The notes: generated by a model not told the origin, from the letters alone. A stretch of 64,000 nt of DNA from a bacterium (GCA_029007115.1 JAQXHG010000009.1:246-64245); one strand, 5' to 3'. Numbered from the stretch's first letter, positions 35,425-45,941 are shown. Program-made: numbers and translations.

Positions 35425-35862
35425 ATGTTAATGGGTGAGTATCATCATAATATTGACGAGAAAAGCAGATTAATAATCCCATCTAAGTTTAGAAGTGAAC
35501 TAGGGGATAAAATCATAATCACTAAAGGACTTGATAAGTGCTTGTTTATTTATTCTCTTGAAGAATGGAATAAAATAATGCAAAAGGTCAGCAAACTACA
35601 ATTTACTAAAAAGAATGTAAGAGCATTTGAAAGAGCTTTTATAGGTGGAGCTTCCACAATTGAATTCGATAAACAAGGTCGAATTAATATTACCTCACCG
35701 TTAGTTCATTACGCCAATATTACAAAAGAATGCGTAATAATTGGCGTAAATGAACGACTTGAAATTTGGGATGCTAGTGAATTTGAAAAATATATGAAGG
35801 AGAATGAAGAATCTTTAGATTTAATAACTGAGGATATATTCGATAATCCATATGAAGCATAA
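35425..35862 (+). CDS. mraZ: Transcriptional regulator MraZ
   Basis: MLMGEYHHNIDEKSRLIIPSKFR and a second SpoVT/AbrB-like repeat. The ORF-track GTG at 35386 lies inside the operator repeats and is rejected. Confidence 0.9.
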   Translation: MLMGEYHHNIDEKSRLIIPSKFRSELGDKIIITKGLDKCLFIYSLEEWNKIMQKVSKLQFTKKNVRAFERAFIGGASTIEFDKQGRINITSPLVHYANITKECVIIGVNERLEIWDASEFEKYMKENEESLDLITEDIFDNPYEA

Positions 35863-36754
35863 GAGTGTACTTTTAGAAGAGGTAATAAAATATTTAAATG
35901 TGTCAGAGGGTAAAAAATATATAGATGCGACTGTAGGGTATGCAGGGCATAGTGGCGAAATATTAAAGAAATTGAATAAAAAGGGGTTTCTTTTCGCCTT
36001 TGATCAAGATGATGAAGCGATTGCTTTTTCACAAAATAAGTTATCTAATATAGCAGATAATTTTACTATATTTAAAAGTAATTTTGTATATATGAAAGAT
36101 TATGTCAGTGAAAAAGTAGATGGTATATTATTTGATTTAGGAGTTTCTAGTCCACAACTTGATGAAGAGGAGAGGGGATTTAGTTTCCATAAAAATGCAC
36201 CATTAGATATGAGAATGGATAGAACACAAGAACTATCAGCTTATAATGTAGTAAATGATTATTCAAGTGAAAAATTACTTGAAATAATATATAAGTTTGG
36301 AGAAGAAAAGTATGCTAAGGCAATAGTATCAAACATAATTAAAAATAGACCAATTAATACTACCATTGAACTAGCAGAAATTATCAAGAATAGTGTACCA
36401 ATTAGTTATAGAAACAAATCGCATCCAGCAAGAAAGACATTTCAAGCAATAAGAATAGAAGTAAATCATGAACTTGATATATTAGAAAGTTCTATTAGGG
36501 ATGCTTTTGATTTATTAAATATTGGTGGTAGATTAGCTATTATTACCTTTCATTCATTAGAAGATAAAATAGTAGCAAAAGTATTTAAAGATTTGTGTAG
36601 TGATGATGAGAGTGCAAGAAAATTACCAATTACACCTGAACATTTAAAAGCAAAAGCGAAAAAGATTGTAAAAATGACTCCTAGTGAAAAAGAACTAGAA
36701 GATAATAATAGAAGTAGAAGTTCAAAATTAAGAGTAATAGAAAGGGTAAGATGA
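35852..36754 (+). CDS. rsmH: 16S rRNA (cytosine1402-N4)-methyltransferase
   Basis: DATVGYAGHS, DLGVSSPQLD and FHSLEDK. Confidence 0.95.
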   Translation: MKHKSVLLEEVIKYLNVSEGKKYIDATVGYAGHSGEILKKLNKKGFLFAFDQDDEAIAFSQNKLSNIADNFTIFKSNFVYMKDYVSEKVDGILFDLGVSSPQLDEEERGFSFHKNAPLDMRMDRTQELSAYNVVNDYSSEKLLEIIYKFGEEKYAKAIVSNIIKNRPINTTIELAEIIKNSVPISYRNKSHPARKTFQAIRIEVNHELDILESSIRDAFDLLNIGGRLAIITFHSLEDKIVAKVFKDLCSDDESARKLPITPEHLKAKAKKIVKMTPSEKELEDNNRSRSSKLRVIERVR

Positions 36755-37038
36755 AAAAGAAAAAATATGTAAAAATTAAGGGAGAGAAATTTATGATTAT
36801 GATGATCATCTTTTTCATCGTCGGAATTTTTCTAATTAGTTTTATTGGAGAAGCAATGATTCAATCATCAAATTCTGAACTTCAAAGATTAAAGAGTAAA
36901 ATACAAAGTCAAGAGGAATTAAATGCAAGTATTCAAATGAAAATAAATGAGTTAGCTTCACTTGATAATGCATTAGAAGTTGCAGATACATTTGGTTTGG
37001 AGTATAATAATAATAATATACGAGTAGTTGCTGATTAG
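36751..37038 (+). CDS. ftsL: Cell division protein FtsL-like
   Basis: Position after rsmH, a single TM segment and a coiled coil. Confidence 0.75.
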   Translation: MKKKKYVKIKGEKFMIMMIIFFIVGIFLISFIGEAMIQSSNSELQRLKSKIQSQEELNASIQMKINELASLDNALEVADTFGLEYNNNNIRVVAD

Positions 37039-37048
37039 AGGTGTATAC

Positions 37049-39226
37049 ATGAAAAAAATAAAAACAATTAAAATAAATGCTTTTTTTATTTGGGTAGTTG
37101 TTTTTATTTTTTTGTGTTTAATAATAAAACTTATTTATGTAGGCAGTGGTAATATAACTGTTAATGGAAAAGAATTAAGTGAGTTTGCTAGTAATAGAGA
37201 TACTGTAAAAAAAACTATAACTGCCAAAAGAGGCACTATATATGCTAGAAATAGTGAGGTATTAGCAAAAGATGTTAATAGTTATACGGTAATAGCATAT
37301 TTGTCTGAATCTAGGACTAAAGATATAAATAGACCACAACATGTTGTTGATAAAGAAATGACAGCGGAAAAACTAAGTCCTCTTTTGAATATGAGTAAAG
37401 AAGCTATATTAAATATACTAAATAGTAAGATTAGTGATTGTGATAAAAATAATAATTGTACTTTAGTTTCTCCTTATCAAGTTGAACTTGGTCCAGGTGG
37501 TCGTGGAATAACTGAATTATTAAAAGATAAAATTTCAGATTTAGAGTTACCTGGAATTGATTTTATAGCTAGTACCAAAAGATATTATCCAAATGGAGAT
37601 TTCTTATCTTTTTCTCTTGGTTATGCAAGACGAAATAATGAAAATGTTTATCAGGGTGAAATGGGGCTAGAACTATACTATAATGATGAGTTAACCGGAG
37701 AAGATGGATATATAGAATATCAATCTGATACTCAAGGTTATCAAATTACAAGTTTACCAAGTATTGAGAAAAAAGCAATATCAGGTAATGATATTTACTT
37801 AACAATAGATACAAATATTCAAATGTTTACTGAGCAAGCTATGGCAATACTTGAAGAATCTAATCCTGAGTGGTCTTCTATTTCAGTAATGAATGCTAAG
37901 ACAGGTGAAATATTAGGAGTAGCATCTAGTCCTAGTTTTGATAATAATACACTTGAGATTAAACTATATTATGATCCATTTGTAACAAATACTTATGAAC
38001 CAGGTTCAACTATGAAAATATTTAGTTTTATGGCTGCGATGGAAAATGGAATATATGATGGAAATGAAAAATATAAAAGTGGTAAAGTAGTAGTAGATGA
38101 TGCAACTATTAAAGATTGGAATAAAGTTGGATGGGGAGAGATTACTTATGATGAAGGATTTATGGCTTCCTCTAATGTAGCTGCTACTAATCTTGCTTTA
38201 AAACTTGGTAGAGGAAAATTAAAAGATTTTTATACTACATTAGGTTTTGGAGAGAAAACAGGTATTACATTGCCTAATGAAAGTAATGGTATTGTTAATT
38301 TTAAATATAATACAGAATTAGCATCAGTATCTTATGGTCAAGGAATGACAGTTAATGCAGTACAAATGTTACAAGCATTAACAACATTATCAAATGATGG
38401 GATGATGATAAAACCATATTTAGTATCTAAAATTGTAGATAGCGAAACTGGTGATGTAGTTATAGAAAATAAAAGAGAAGAGATAAGAAAAGTATGTAGT
38501 GAAGATACAGCACTTTATTTAAGAAATCTTATGAGAGGAGTAGTAGATGGGAGTTCTAAAATTTCTACTGGTACAGGATATTATATAAAAGGATATGATT
38601 TAATTGGAAAAACTGGAACAGCTGAGATTGCTGGAGGTAGTGGTTATTTAACTGGTTCTACAAATTATGTAAGAAGTTTTGCAGGTTTATTTCCAGGAGA
38701 TGAGCCAGAGATTATTATTTATGTTGCTGCATCTAAGATGTCTAGTTCAACTTATTTAAAAAAAGCAGTTAAAACTCTAGTTAAAGATGTAGGAACATAT
38801 CTTAATATTTATGGTTCAGAAGATAAGAATGAAGAAAATATATTTGAAATAAGTTCATATATTAATAAAGAAACCTTCAGTGTTAATGAAAAATTAACTA
38901 ATGCTAATATGAATCCTATTGTAATAGGAGATGGAACTAAAATAATTAATCAATATCCAAATAAAGGAACTAAAATTAACTTAGGCTCTAAGATATTCTT
39001 ACTTACTAATGCTAGTGAATACAAAATGCCTAATATAAAAGGGTGGTCAAGAAGTGATATTGATACATTTGCAAATTTAATTAATTTAAATGTTAGTTAT
39101 TCTGGAATTGGATATGCTAAAGAATATAATATAAAGAAGAATAGTATTATTGATTTAAATACAACTTTAGAAGTAGAATTAGAAACTAAATTTAAAGATG
39201 AACCACAAGAAGATAGTAAAGAATAA
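37049..39226 (+). CDS. Class B penicillin-binding protein (PBP2B/SpoVD type) with C-terminal PASTA domains
   Basis: STMK (EPGSTMKIFS), SSN and KTGTA motifs. The ATG at 37049 follows AGAGGTG. Confidence 0.9.
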   Translation: MKKIKTIKINAFFIWVVVFIFLCLIIKLIYVGSGNITVNGKELSEFASNRDTVKKTITAKRGTIYARNSEVLAKDVNSYTVIAYLSESRTKDINRPQHVVDKEMTAEKLSPLLNMSKEAILNILNSKISDCDKNNNCTLVSPYQVELGPGGRGITELLKDKISDLELPGIDFIASTKRYYPNGDFLSFSLGYARRNNENVYQGEMGLELYYNDELTGEDGYIEYQSDTQGYQITSLPSIEKKAISGNDIYLTIDTNIQMFTEQAMAILEESNPEWSSISVMNAKTGEILGVASSPSFDNNTLEIKLYYDPFVTNTYEPGSTMKIFSFMAAMENGIYDGNEKYKSGKVVVDDATIKDWNKVGWGEITYDEGFMASSNVAATNLALKLGRGKLKDFYTTLGFGEKTGITLPNESNGIVNFKYNTELASVSYGQGMTVNAVQMLQALTTLSNDGMMIKPYLVSKIVDSETGDVVIENKREEIRKVCSEDTALYLRNLMRGVVDGSSKISTGTGYYIKGYDLIGKTGTAEIAGGSGYLTGSTNYVRSFAGLFPGDEPEIIIYVAASKMSSSTYLKKAVKTLVKDVGTYLNIYGSEDKNEENIFEISSYINKETFSVNEKLTNANMNPIVIGDGTKIINQYPNKGTKINLGSKIFLLTNASEYKMPNIKGWSRSDIDTFANLINLNVSYSGIGYAKEYNIKKNSIIDLNTTLEVELETKFKDEPQEDSKE

Positions 39227-39256
39227 GAAATATTTATAAAAGTATTTCTTATTTTA
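39225..39256 (+). terminator. Hairpin plus T-run after the PBP gene
   Basis: AAGAAATA pairs with TATTTCTT, followed by ATTTTAT. Confidence 0.5.
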
Positions 39257-39331
39257 TATATGTTTTAAAAAATATCATTTAAATATTATTAAATAAATGG
39301 TATAATTTATATAGATTTTTGGAGGTAACTT

Positions 39332-39742
39332 ATGAAATTAACTAGAACAGAGGGAAGAGAAAAAATAATGATTATTCTATACCAAATAGATTTTTATATG
39401 AAAGAAAATATTTCATATGAACTTGAAAATGTTTTTAAAGAGAATTTAGAAATAGATAATAAATATGTAAGAGACATTGTATGTGGTGTTTTAAATAATA
39501 TGGAAAACATTGATAATATAATATCTAAATATTTAGAAAATTGGGATTTAGATAGACTTGGTAAAACAGATAAGGCTATTTTAAGATTAGCAACTTATGA
39601 AATGCTATATTATGATACTCCAAATGTAGTAGTAATTAATGAAGCAGTTGAATTATCTAAAAAATATAGTGATGATAAGGTTGTAAAATTAATAAACGCT
39701 GTTCTTGATAAGGTTAGAGATAATGAGGAAGTAAATGAATAA
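39332..39742 (+). CDS. nusB: Transcription antitermination factor NusB
   Basis: Size, R-rich N-terminus and LDRLGKTDKAILRLATYEM. Confidence 0.9.
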   Translation: MKLTRTEGREKIMIILYQIDFYMKENISYELENVFKENLEIDNKYVRDIVCGVLNNMENIDNIISKYLENWDLDRLGKTDKAILRLATYEMLYYDTPNVVVINEAVELSKKYSDDKVVKLINAVLDKVRDNEEVNE

Positions 39743-41012
39743 TAATGAATATATTACAATAAGTGATATCAATAGAATTATAAAATTTACTATAGAATCA
39801 AATTTTGAACTTAGGAGTGTATATTTAAAAGGTGAAATTAGTAATATAAAGTATCATGGAAGAGGGCATTTATATTTTTCTTTAAAGGATGAAACAAGTA
39901 AAATCAATGCTGTAATGTTTAATTATAAATCTTCTAATATGAATTTTAATCCTAAAGATGGAGACGCTGTTTTAGTTCATGGAAGAATAAGTGTTTATGA
40001 AGCAAGTGGAAGTTATCAAATATATGTTGATAGTATGCAGTTAGATGGTCTTGGAAATTTATATGTTTTGTTTGAACAATTAAAACTTAAACTTCACAAA
40101 GAAGGCTTATTTGATCCTTTTAAGAAAAAAAAGATTGTAAGAGTTCCAAGAAAAATAGGTGTTATAACAGCACCAACAGGAGCGGCTGTTAGAGATATAA
40201 TATCTACTATTAATAAGAGATTTCCAATTACTGAAATTTATTTATTTCCAACTCTTGTTCAAGGTGATAGTGCTGCTTCAAATATAGTTAAAATGATAGA
40301 GCTTGCTAATAGTTATGATGATATTGATACCATTATATTAGGACGTGGTGGTGGATCAATTGAGGACTTGTGGGCGTTTAATGAAGAAATTGTAGCAAGA
40401 GCAATATATAATAGTAGAATTCCAATAATTAGTGGTGTTGGTCATGAAATAGATTTTACTATAAGTGATTTTGTAGCTGACTTAAGAGCACCAACTCCAA
40501 CAGGAGCAGCTATGTTAGCGGTACCTGATATTGAAGAGGTAAGAAGATATTTTAAAAATGCACAAGAAAAAGTTAATAATGCAATTATGAATACTTTAAA
40601 TAAAGCAACACAGCAAGTATTGATATTTAAAACTAATTATATATTAAATAATCCGATTAAATTATATGAGATGCAAGAACAAAAACTAGATTTATTGTGT
40701 GATAGGCTATCTAATGCTCTTAAAAATAAAATAGAAATGTCTTCTCATAAACTGGAAATAATAAAAAGTAATCATATAATCAAAAATCCAGGTATATTAT
40801 TAGAAAATCATAAGAATAATATAAATACACTTAAAATTAAATTAGATTTATTAAATCCAGTAAATGTACTTGATAAAGGTTATTCTATAGTATATAAAGA
40901 TAATAAAGTAGTAAAAGATATAACAAAATTAAATATTGATGATAATATTAATATAATGGCAAAAAATGGAAATGTTATTGCTAATGTAAGAGGAGTGAAT
41001 AAAAATGAGTGA
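39735..41012 (+). CDS. xseA: Exodeoxyribonuclease VII large subunit
   Basis: OB-fold N-terminus, VITAPTGAAVRD, GRGGGSIEDLWAFNEE and SGVGHEIDFT. Confidence 0.95.
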   Translation: MNNNEYITISDINRIIKFTIESNFELRSVYLKGEISNIKYHGRGHLYFSLKDETSKINAVMFNYKSSNMNFNPKDGDAVLVHGRISVYEASGSYQIYVDSMQLDGLGNLYVLFEQLKLKLHKEGLFDPFKKKKIVRVPRKIGVITAPTGAAVRDIISTINKRFPITEIYLFPTLVQGDSAASNIVKMIELANSYDDIDTIILGRGGGSIEDLWAFNEEIVARAIYNSRIPIISGVGHEIDFTISDFVADLRAPTPTGAAMLAVPDIEEVRRYFKNAQEKVNNAIMNTLNKATQQVLIFKTNYILNNPIKLYEMQEQKLDLLCDRLSNALKNKIEMSSHKLEIIKSNHIIKNPGILLENHKNNINTLKIKLDLLNPVNVLDKGYSIVYKDNKVVKDITKLNIDDNINIMAKNGNVIANVRGVNKNE

Positions 41013-41241
41013 AAAAGTAGATAAAAAAGATATGAAATTTGAAGATGCAGTTAGATCTCTAGAAAAGATAATTTCTGAACTTGAAAGTGGTGAATTAGAT
41101 TTAGATAAATCAATTAGTGAATATAGTGAAGCAATGAAATTAATAGAGTTTTGTGAAAAAAAACTAAATTCTGCAACTAAGACTGTAAATAAACTTGTGG
41201 AAGCAAATGGTAAAATAGTTGATTTTGAAGTAGAAGAATAG
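41005..41241 (+). CDS. xseB: Exodeoxyribonuclease VII small subunit
   Basis: FEDAVRSLEKIISELESGELDLD. It overlaps the xseA stop. Confidence 0.9.
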   Translation: MSEKVDKKDMKFEDAVRSLEKIISELESGELDLDKSISEYSEAMKLIEFCEKKLNSATKTVNKLVEANGKIVDFEVEE

Positions 41242-41316
41242 CAAAAATTGGTATAAGAAATATTTGGTTATATAAATTATATATAAATGAAAATAATAAT
41301 AAAGAGGTGAAATATC

Positions 41317-42294
41317 ATGAAAAAGTTGATAATTACTTTCTTTATTATTTTATTTTTACCTATGAATATTTTAGCTTATTCCAAGAATGTTATACCAGGT
41401 GGTGAGAGTATTGGAATAAATATAAATACTGATGGTTTAATAGTTGTAGGTTTTTATAAGGTTAATGATGAATATATCGCTAAAGAAACCATTAAAATTG
41501 GTGATAGAATTATTCAAATTAATAATAATGATGTTAATACTATTGAACAATTAAGTGATGTAATAGATAAGAGTATATTAGAAAATAAAGAAGTGAGTGT
41601 TAAAATAATAAGAAATAATAAACAAATAGATACTTATTTAAGATTAGAAAAAGATAATGATATATATAAAACTGGTCTATATGTAAAAGATTCAGTAATA
41701 GGACTTGGAACACTTACATATATAGATCCAATAAGTAAAATATATGGAGCTTTAGGGCATGAAATATTATTAAGTGAAACTGAAAAAAGAGTTGAAATAA
41801 AAAATGGTAATATATTAATGAGTAATGTTACTAGTATAAATAAAAGTAGAAATGGTTATGTTGGTAGTAAGAATGCAAATATTTTATATAATGATATTAT
41901 TGGTACGATAGAAAAAAATACTAATAAGGGTATATTTGGTATATATACTTCATCTTTACCAAATAAAAATCTTATCCAAATAGGAGAATATTCAAGCATT
42001 GAAAAGGGAGATGCCCATATATTAACAGTTACTAAGAATAATATTGTAAATAAATATAAGATAAAGATACTTGATAAATATAATAATAAAAAAGATACTC
42101 AAAAAGCATTTAGTTTTGAAATTATAGATGAAGAATTAATTAATAAAACAGGTGGTGTAGTACAAGGAATGAGTGGGTCTCCAATTATCCAAAATAATAG
42201 AATAATTGGGGCTGTAACTAATGTACTTGTTGATGATGTTAAGATTGGTTACGGTATTAGTATAATAACAATGCTAGAAGAAGGGGAAAGATAG
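41317..42294 (+). CDS. spoIVB: SpoIVB peptidase (S55) with PDZ domain
   Basis: GVVQGMSGSPIIQNNRIIGAVT serine-protease core, with a PDZ-like GDRIIQINN. Confidence 0.85.
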   Translation: MKKLIITFFIILFLPMNILAYSKNVIPGGESIGININTDGLIVVGFYKVNDEYIAKETIKIGDRIIQINNNDVNTIEQLSDVIDKSILENKEVSVKIIRNNKQIDTYLRLEKDNDIYKTGLYVKDSVIGLGTLTYIDPISKIYGALGHEILLSETEKRVEIKNGNILMSNVTSINKSRNGYVGSKNANILYNDIIGTIEKNTNKGIFGIYTSSLPNKNLIQIGEYSSIEKGDAHILTVTKNNIVNKYKIKILDKYNNKKDTQKAFSFEIIDEELINKTGGVVQGMSGSPIIQNNRIIGAVTNVLVDDVKIGYGISIITMLEEGER

Positions 42295-42304
42295 AATAAT
42301 ATAA

Positions 42305-42331
42305 ATCTTGTTTCTAAGAAACAAGGTTTTT
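42305..42331 (+). terminator. Intrinsic terminator
   Basis: ATCTTGTTTC, loop TAA, GAAACAAGGT, then TTTT. Confidence 0.6.
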
Positions 42332-42436
42332 GATTGTAAAAATATTATATAGAGGAAAATAAGTTAAAACTAAATATTAAAAGTTGATATTAAATAAATT
42401 ATTTGATAAAATTTATATAGTACGGAGGTATTAGTT

Positions 42437-42706
42437 ATGATGGATACATTTAATAATTTATTAGAAGTAACTAGCGAAAGAGGAGACTTAATCCAAATAA
42501 AAGTATATGATATATTAGATGAAAATCAATATAATAAAACATTTGTTATTTATACTTTAGCTGGTGAAGATTCAACTATTTTTGCATCTATATTAAATGA
42601 AACAGATACAGATTATTCATTAGATAGTATTACAAATAGTGATGAGTTACAATATATAAATAATGAAATTGATATGATAGTTAATGAGATAGAGGAGTAT
42701 TCATGA
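42437..42706 (+). CDS. Small acidic DUF1292-like protein
   Basis: The pattern E..G....I.VYDILDE....KTFVIYTL resembles the DUF1292 family. This was not verified. Confidence 0.55.
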   Translation: MMDTFNNLLEVTSERGDLIQIKVYDILDENQYNKTFVIYTLAGEDSTIFASILNETDTDYSLDSITNSDELQYINNEIDMIVNEIEEYS

Positions 42707-43701
42707 GCATTGACGATTTAAAAAATTTAGGGATTATTCCTAAAGATATTCCTGATAATGTATTAATTGATTTATGTAATAGAATAGGAATAAATAATTT
42801 TAGTATGCAGATGTCTTTAAATCAAGAACAAATATCTAGAATAGTTTATTCATCTGATGTAAATAATTATAAAGTAAAATCATCATTATCTAATTCTCAT
42901 CAAAGTGTTATTGCAAAATATGATGAGTTAATAAATGGATATGTAAATATATTAAATGGTATTAAATCAAGAAGTGGTTTTGATGAAGAAAAACAAGCTA
43001 TTAGTGGATTAATAACTAAACTTCAAACAGAAAAATCAAATTATCAAAAACAAATAAATGGTTTTTCGCTAAATAATGTTTCTCAATATTTTGATTATGG
43101 AGTTAATAATAAAATTAGTCAAACAGCTAATGATACACTTAAGAATATTGCTAAAGCTACAGAAGAACAACAAAACCAAATTGATAATAAATTAGATAAA
43201 TTATATAAAAAATTAGATCATGCTAAGAATAGTAGAAATAGAACTATTAGTGGAAAATTAAAGGCATCTATTAGAACAAGAAATTTAGAAGCAAAAATTA
43301 ATAAACTTAGAAGTAAACAAGGAAAATTAAGAAGTAGACAAAGTAGAATTGTTGGTACTAATACTAGAATGTATTTGGATAAAATGAATAAAAGGTTTGA
43401 AAAATATTTTGATGAACTTAATAATATTAATGATATAATTGAAGATAAAAAATATATGATAGATGAAATAGAATCATCTTTAAATGAACAAAACGATATG
43501 GGTATAAATGCACAAAATCTTCAAACTAGTATGTTAAATGCTAATGCATTTGAAAGAGTAGCATTAAATGTAAAAAATAGAAAAAATACAAGAGATATGC
43601 AGAAATTGCAAAAACATATTGAAAGACTACAAAAGAAAGCTGGAAAAGTTGATTTATCTAGACAATATAGTGAAGTATTTGATAGAAGTTATTCAAGATA
43701 A
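42703..43701 (+). CDS. Basic coiled-coil protein of unknown function (332 aa)
   Basis: ATGA overlap with the upstream gene. Long K/R/N/Q-rich heptad-like stretches and no TM segment. Confidence 0.6.
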   Translation: MSIDDLKNLGIIPKDIPDNVLIDLCNRIGINNFSMQMSLNQEQISRIVYSSDVNNYKVKSSLSNSHQSVIAKYDELINGYVNILNGIKSRSGFDEEKQAISGLITKLQTEKSNYQKQINGFSLNNVSQYFDYGVNNKISQTANDTLKNIAKATEEQQNQIDNKLDKLYKKLDHAKNSRNRTISGKLKASIRTRNLEAKINKLRSKQGKLRSRQSRIVGTNTRMYLDKMNKRFEKYFDELNNINDIIEDKKYMIDEIESSLNEQNDMGINAQNLQTSMLNANAFERVALNVKNRKNTRDMQKLQKHIERLQKKAGKVDLSRQYSEVFDRSYSR

Positions 43702-43726
43702 AAGATGTTTTAAGAAAACATCTTTT
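43700..43726. terminator. Bidirectional terminator between convergent genes
   Basis: AAAGATGTTTT, loop AAG, AAAACATCTTT. Confidence 0.7.
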
Positions 43727-45060
43727 TAAATTCCTAAAATTGTACATGCTATATTAAAATATACAAATAATGATATAGCATCAACTAAAGTTGTTATAAA
43801 TGGGCTTGCCATTACAGTTGGATCAAATCCTAATTTTTTAGCAAGTATAGGTAAAAGTGAGCCGATTATTTTTGCCGCACATACAGTTACTATTAAAGAC
43901 ATACTTACTACAAATGCTATAGATATTCCTACTTTATCTAATAATATTAATTTAACAAAATTAGCAATTGCTAAAGTAATACCAACTAAAATTGAAACTC
44001 TAAGTTCTTTAAACACAACTTTTAATGTATCAGAGTAATCTATATCATCTAGTGATAAAGCACGAATTATGGTAGCTGATGATTGTCCTCCTGCATTTCC
44101 TCCAGTGTTCATAAGCATTGGTATAAATGCTGTTAAAATCACATAAGAACTAAGAGCTGTTTCATAATGCTCTATTATTTTGCCTGTAAGAGCGGCTGTT
44201 AACATTAAAACAAGTAACCATGGTATTCTACTTTTATATAAATCAAATATTGATAATTTTAAATATGATTTTTCTGTTGGCGTAATTGCGGCCATTTTTT
44301 CAATATCTTCTGTAGTTTCATCTTCTAAAATATCCATTACATCATCTATTGTTATAATACCAACTAATTTATTTTCAGAATCAACTACTGGAATACTTGT
44401 AAGATCATAATCTTTAATAATTCTTGCTACTTCTTCTTGATCAGTACTTGTATTTACAAAAATTATATCAGTTTGCATTATTTCGTTAATTGGAGTATCT
44501 TCTTCATTAATAACTAAATCTTTTAATTTGACTTCACCAATTAATTTTCTTTTCTTATCAGTAACATAACAAGTATCTATTATTTCTTTTTCATCATATT
44601 CTCTTTTAATCTTTTTAAGAGCATCTTTTATTGTGTTATATTCTTTAAAATCTAAATATTCTACAGTCATAATACTACCAGCAGAGTTTTCATCATATTT
44701 AAGTAATTGATTAATATTACGTCTAGTTTCATTTTCTACCTTACTTAATAATTTATTTACTACATTAGCTGGCATTTCATCTATTAAATCTGTTGCATCA
44801 TCTGAGTCCATATCATTTATAATGCTTACTGCTTCTGCATCAGACAAAGAAGATATAACTAATGTTTCAGTATCTGTTTCTAAATAAGAAAATACATCCG
44901 CAGCCATATCTTTTGGTAATAATCTAAATATTTTTATCATCTCATTATGTGGCAATTCTTCTAATATTTCAGCAATATCAAATTCATTCATATTTATTAG
45001 TAATGATTTAATTTTCGAGTAATTTTTTTCCTCAATTAATTTTTCTATTCTATCTAACAT
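43726..45060 (-). CDS. mgtE: Magnesium transporter MgtE
   Basis: MgtE N-domain, CBS pair and the NTGGNAGGQS motif in the TM domain. The ATG at 45060 follows GGTGGTG. Confidence 0.95.
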   Translation of the reverse strand: MLDRIEKLIEEKNYSKIKSLLINMNEFDIAEILEELPHNEMIKIFRLLPKDMAADVFSYLETDTETLVISSLSDAEAVSIINDMDSDDATDLIDEMPANVVNKLLSKVENETRRNINQLLKYDENSAGSIMTVEYLDFKEYNTIKDALKKIKREYDEKEIIDTCYVTDKKRKLIGEVKLKDLVINEEDTPINEIMQTDIIFVNTSTDQEEVARIIKDYDLTSIPVVDSENKLVGIITIDDVMDILEDETTEDIEKMAAITPTEKSYLKLSIFDLYKSRIPWLLVLMLTAALTGKIIEHYETALSSYVILTAFIPMLMNTGGNAGGQSSATIIRALSLDDIDYSDTLKVVFKELRVSILVGITLAIANFVKLILLDKVGISIAFVVSMSLIVTVCAAKIIGSLLPILAKKLGFDPTVMASPFITTLVDAISLFVYFNIACTILGI

Positions 45061-45208
45061 AATACTCACCACCTTTGACTTATAGATTATACTACAATTA
45101 TCATAAAATGTGTAAAGAAAATGAAAAAATATATAAAAAAAATTTAGTTTTTAGTATAATACTCATGAAGAAAAGAAGGAAAATTTTATTTTTAGATTGG
45201 AGATATTT

Positions 45209-45910
45209 ATGAAAAATGGAATACCTACACATGTTGGAATAATTATGGATGGTAATGGTAGGTGGGCAACAAGACAAGGGCTTAAGAGAACTGATGGCCA
45301 TTATGCTGGATATAAAACACTCAAAAAGACAGCACTTCACATATTAGATAAAGGTGTTAAATACTTAAGTGTATTTGCTTTTTCAACAGAAAACTTTAAA
45401 AGAAGTGATGAAGAAGTGAATTATTTAATGAATTTATTTGTCACTGCTTTTAAAAGTGATGAGAATTTCTTTATTAAAAATGACATTAAAGTTGTTTTTT
45501 CTGGTAGAAAAGAGCCCCTTAGTGACAAAGTTTATAGTGTAATGAAGAGAATAGAAAAAAATACTAAAAATTGTAAAAGAGGAGTATTTAATGTATGTTT
45601 AAATTATGGTGGTCAATCTGAAATAGTAGATGCTACTAAAAAAATAGTATCTTTGGTTCAAGAAGGAAAGCTTAATATAGATGATTTAAACACAGAAAAT
45701 TATTATAAATATTTGTATAATGACTTACCCGCTATTGATTTATTAATTAGAACAAGTGGTGAAGTTAGAATTAGTAATTTTATGCTATATAGTATTAGTT
45801 ATTCTGAGTTATATTTTACAAATACATGTTTTCCTGATTTTAATGAAGAAGAGTTTGATAAAGCATTAGCTGATTATCAAAATAGAAATATTACTAAAGG
45901 AAAAGCTTAA
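45209..45910 (+). CDS. uppS: Undecaprenyl-diphosphate synthase
   Basis: HVGIIMDGNGRWA and LIRTSGEVRISNFMLY. Confidence 0.95.
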   Translation: MKNGIPTHVGIIMDGNGRWATRQGLKRTDGHYAGYKTLKKTALHILDKGVKYLSVFAFSTENFKRSDEEVNYLMNLFVTAFKSDENFFIKNDIKVVFSGRKEPLSDKVYSVMKRIEKNTKNCKRGVFNVCLNYGGQSEIVDATKKIVSLVQEGKLNIDDLNTENYYKYLYNDLPAIDLLIRTSGEVRISNFMLYSISYSELYFTNTCFPDFNEEEFDKALADYQNRNITKGKA

Positions 45911-45911
45911 T

Positions 45912-45941
45912 AAAATAAGAAATCGAATGATTTCTTATTTT
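45912..45941. terminator. Bidirectional terminator (13-bp perfect stem)
   Basis: AAAATAAGAAATC, loop GAAT, GATTTCTTATTTT. It overlaps the stop of the minus-strand gene. Confidence 0.7.

Noticed and set aside
33603-36032. Minus-strand ORFs 33603-33785 and 35709-36032.
   Set aside because: The first overlaps the adhesin promoter and signal-peptide region. The second is antisense to mraZ/rsmH. Neither has an SD.
45061-45208. Possible M-box (Mg2+) riboswitch upstream of mgtE, as is common in Firmicutes.
   Set aside because: Only ~135 nt are available, shared with the divergent uppS promoter. The region is almost pure A/T and lacks the G/C-rich conserved M-box helices. The 79-aa ORF at 45101-45340 in this region is likewise rejected.
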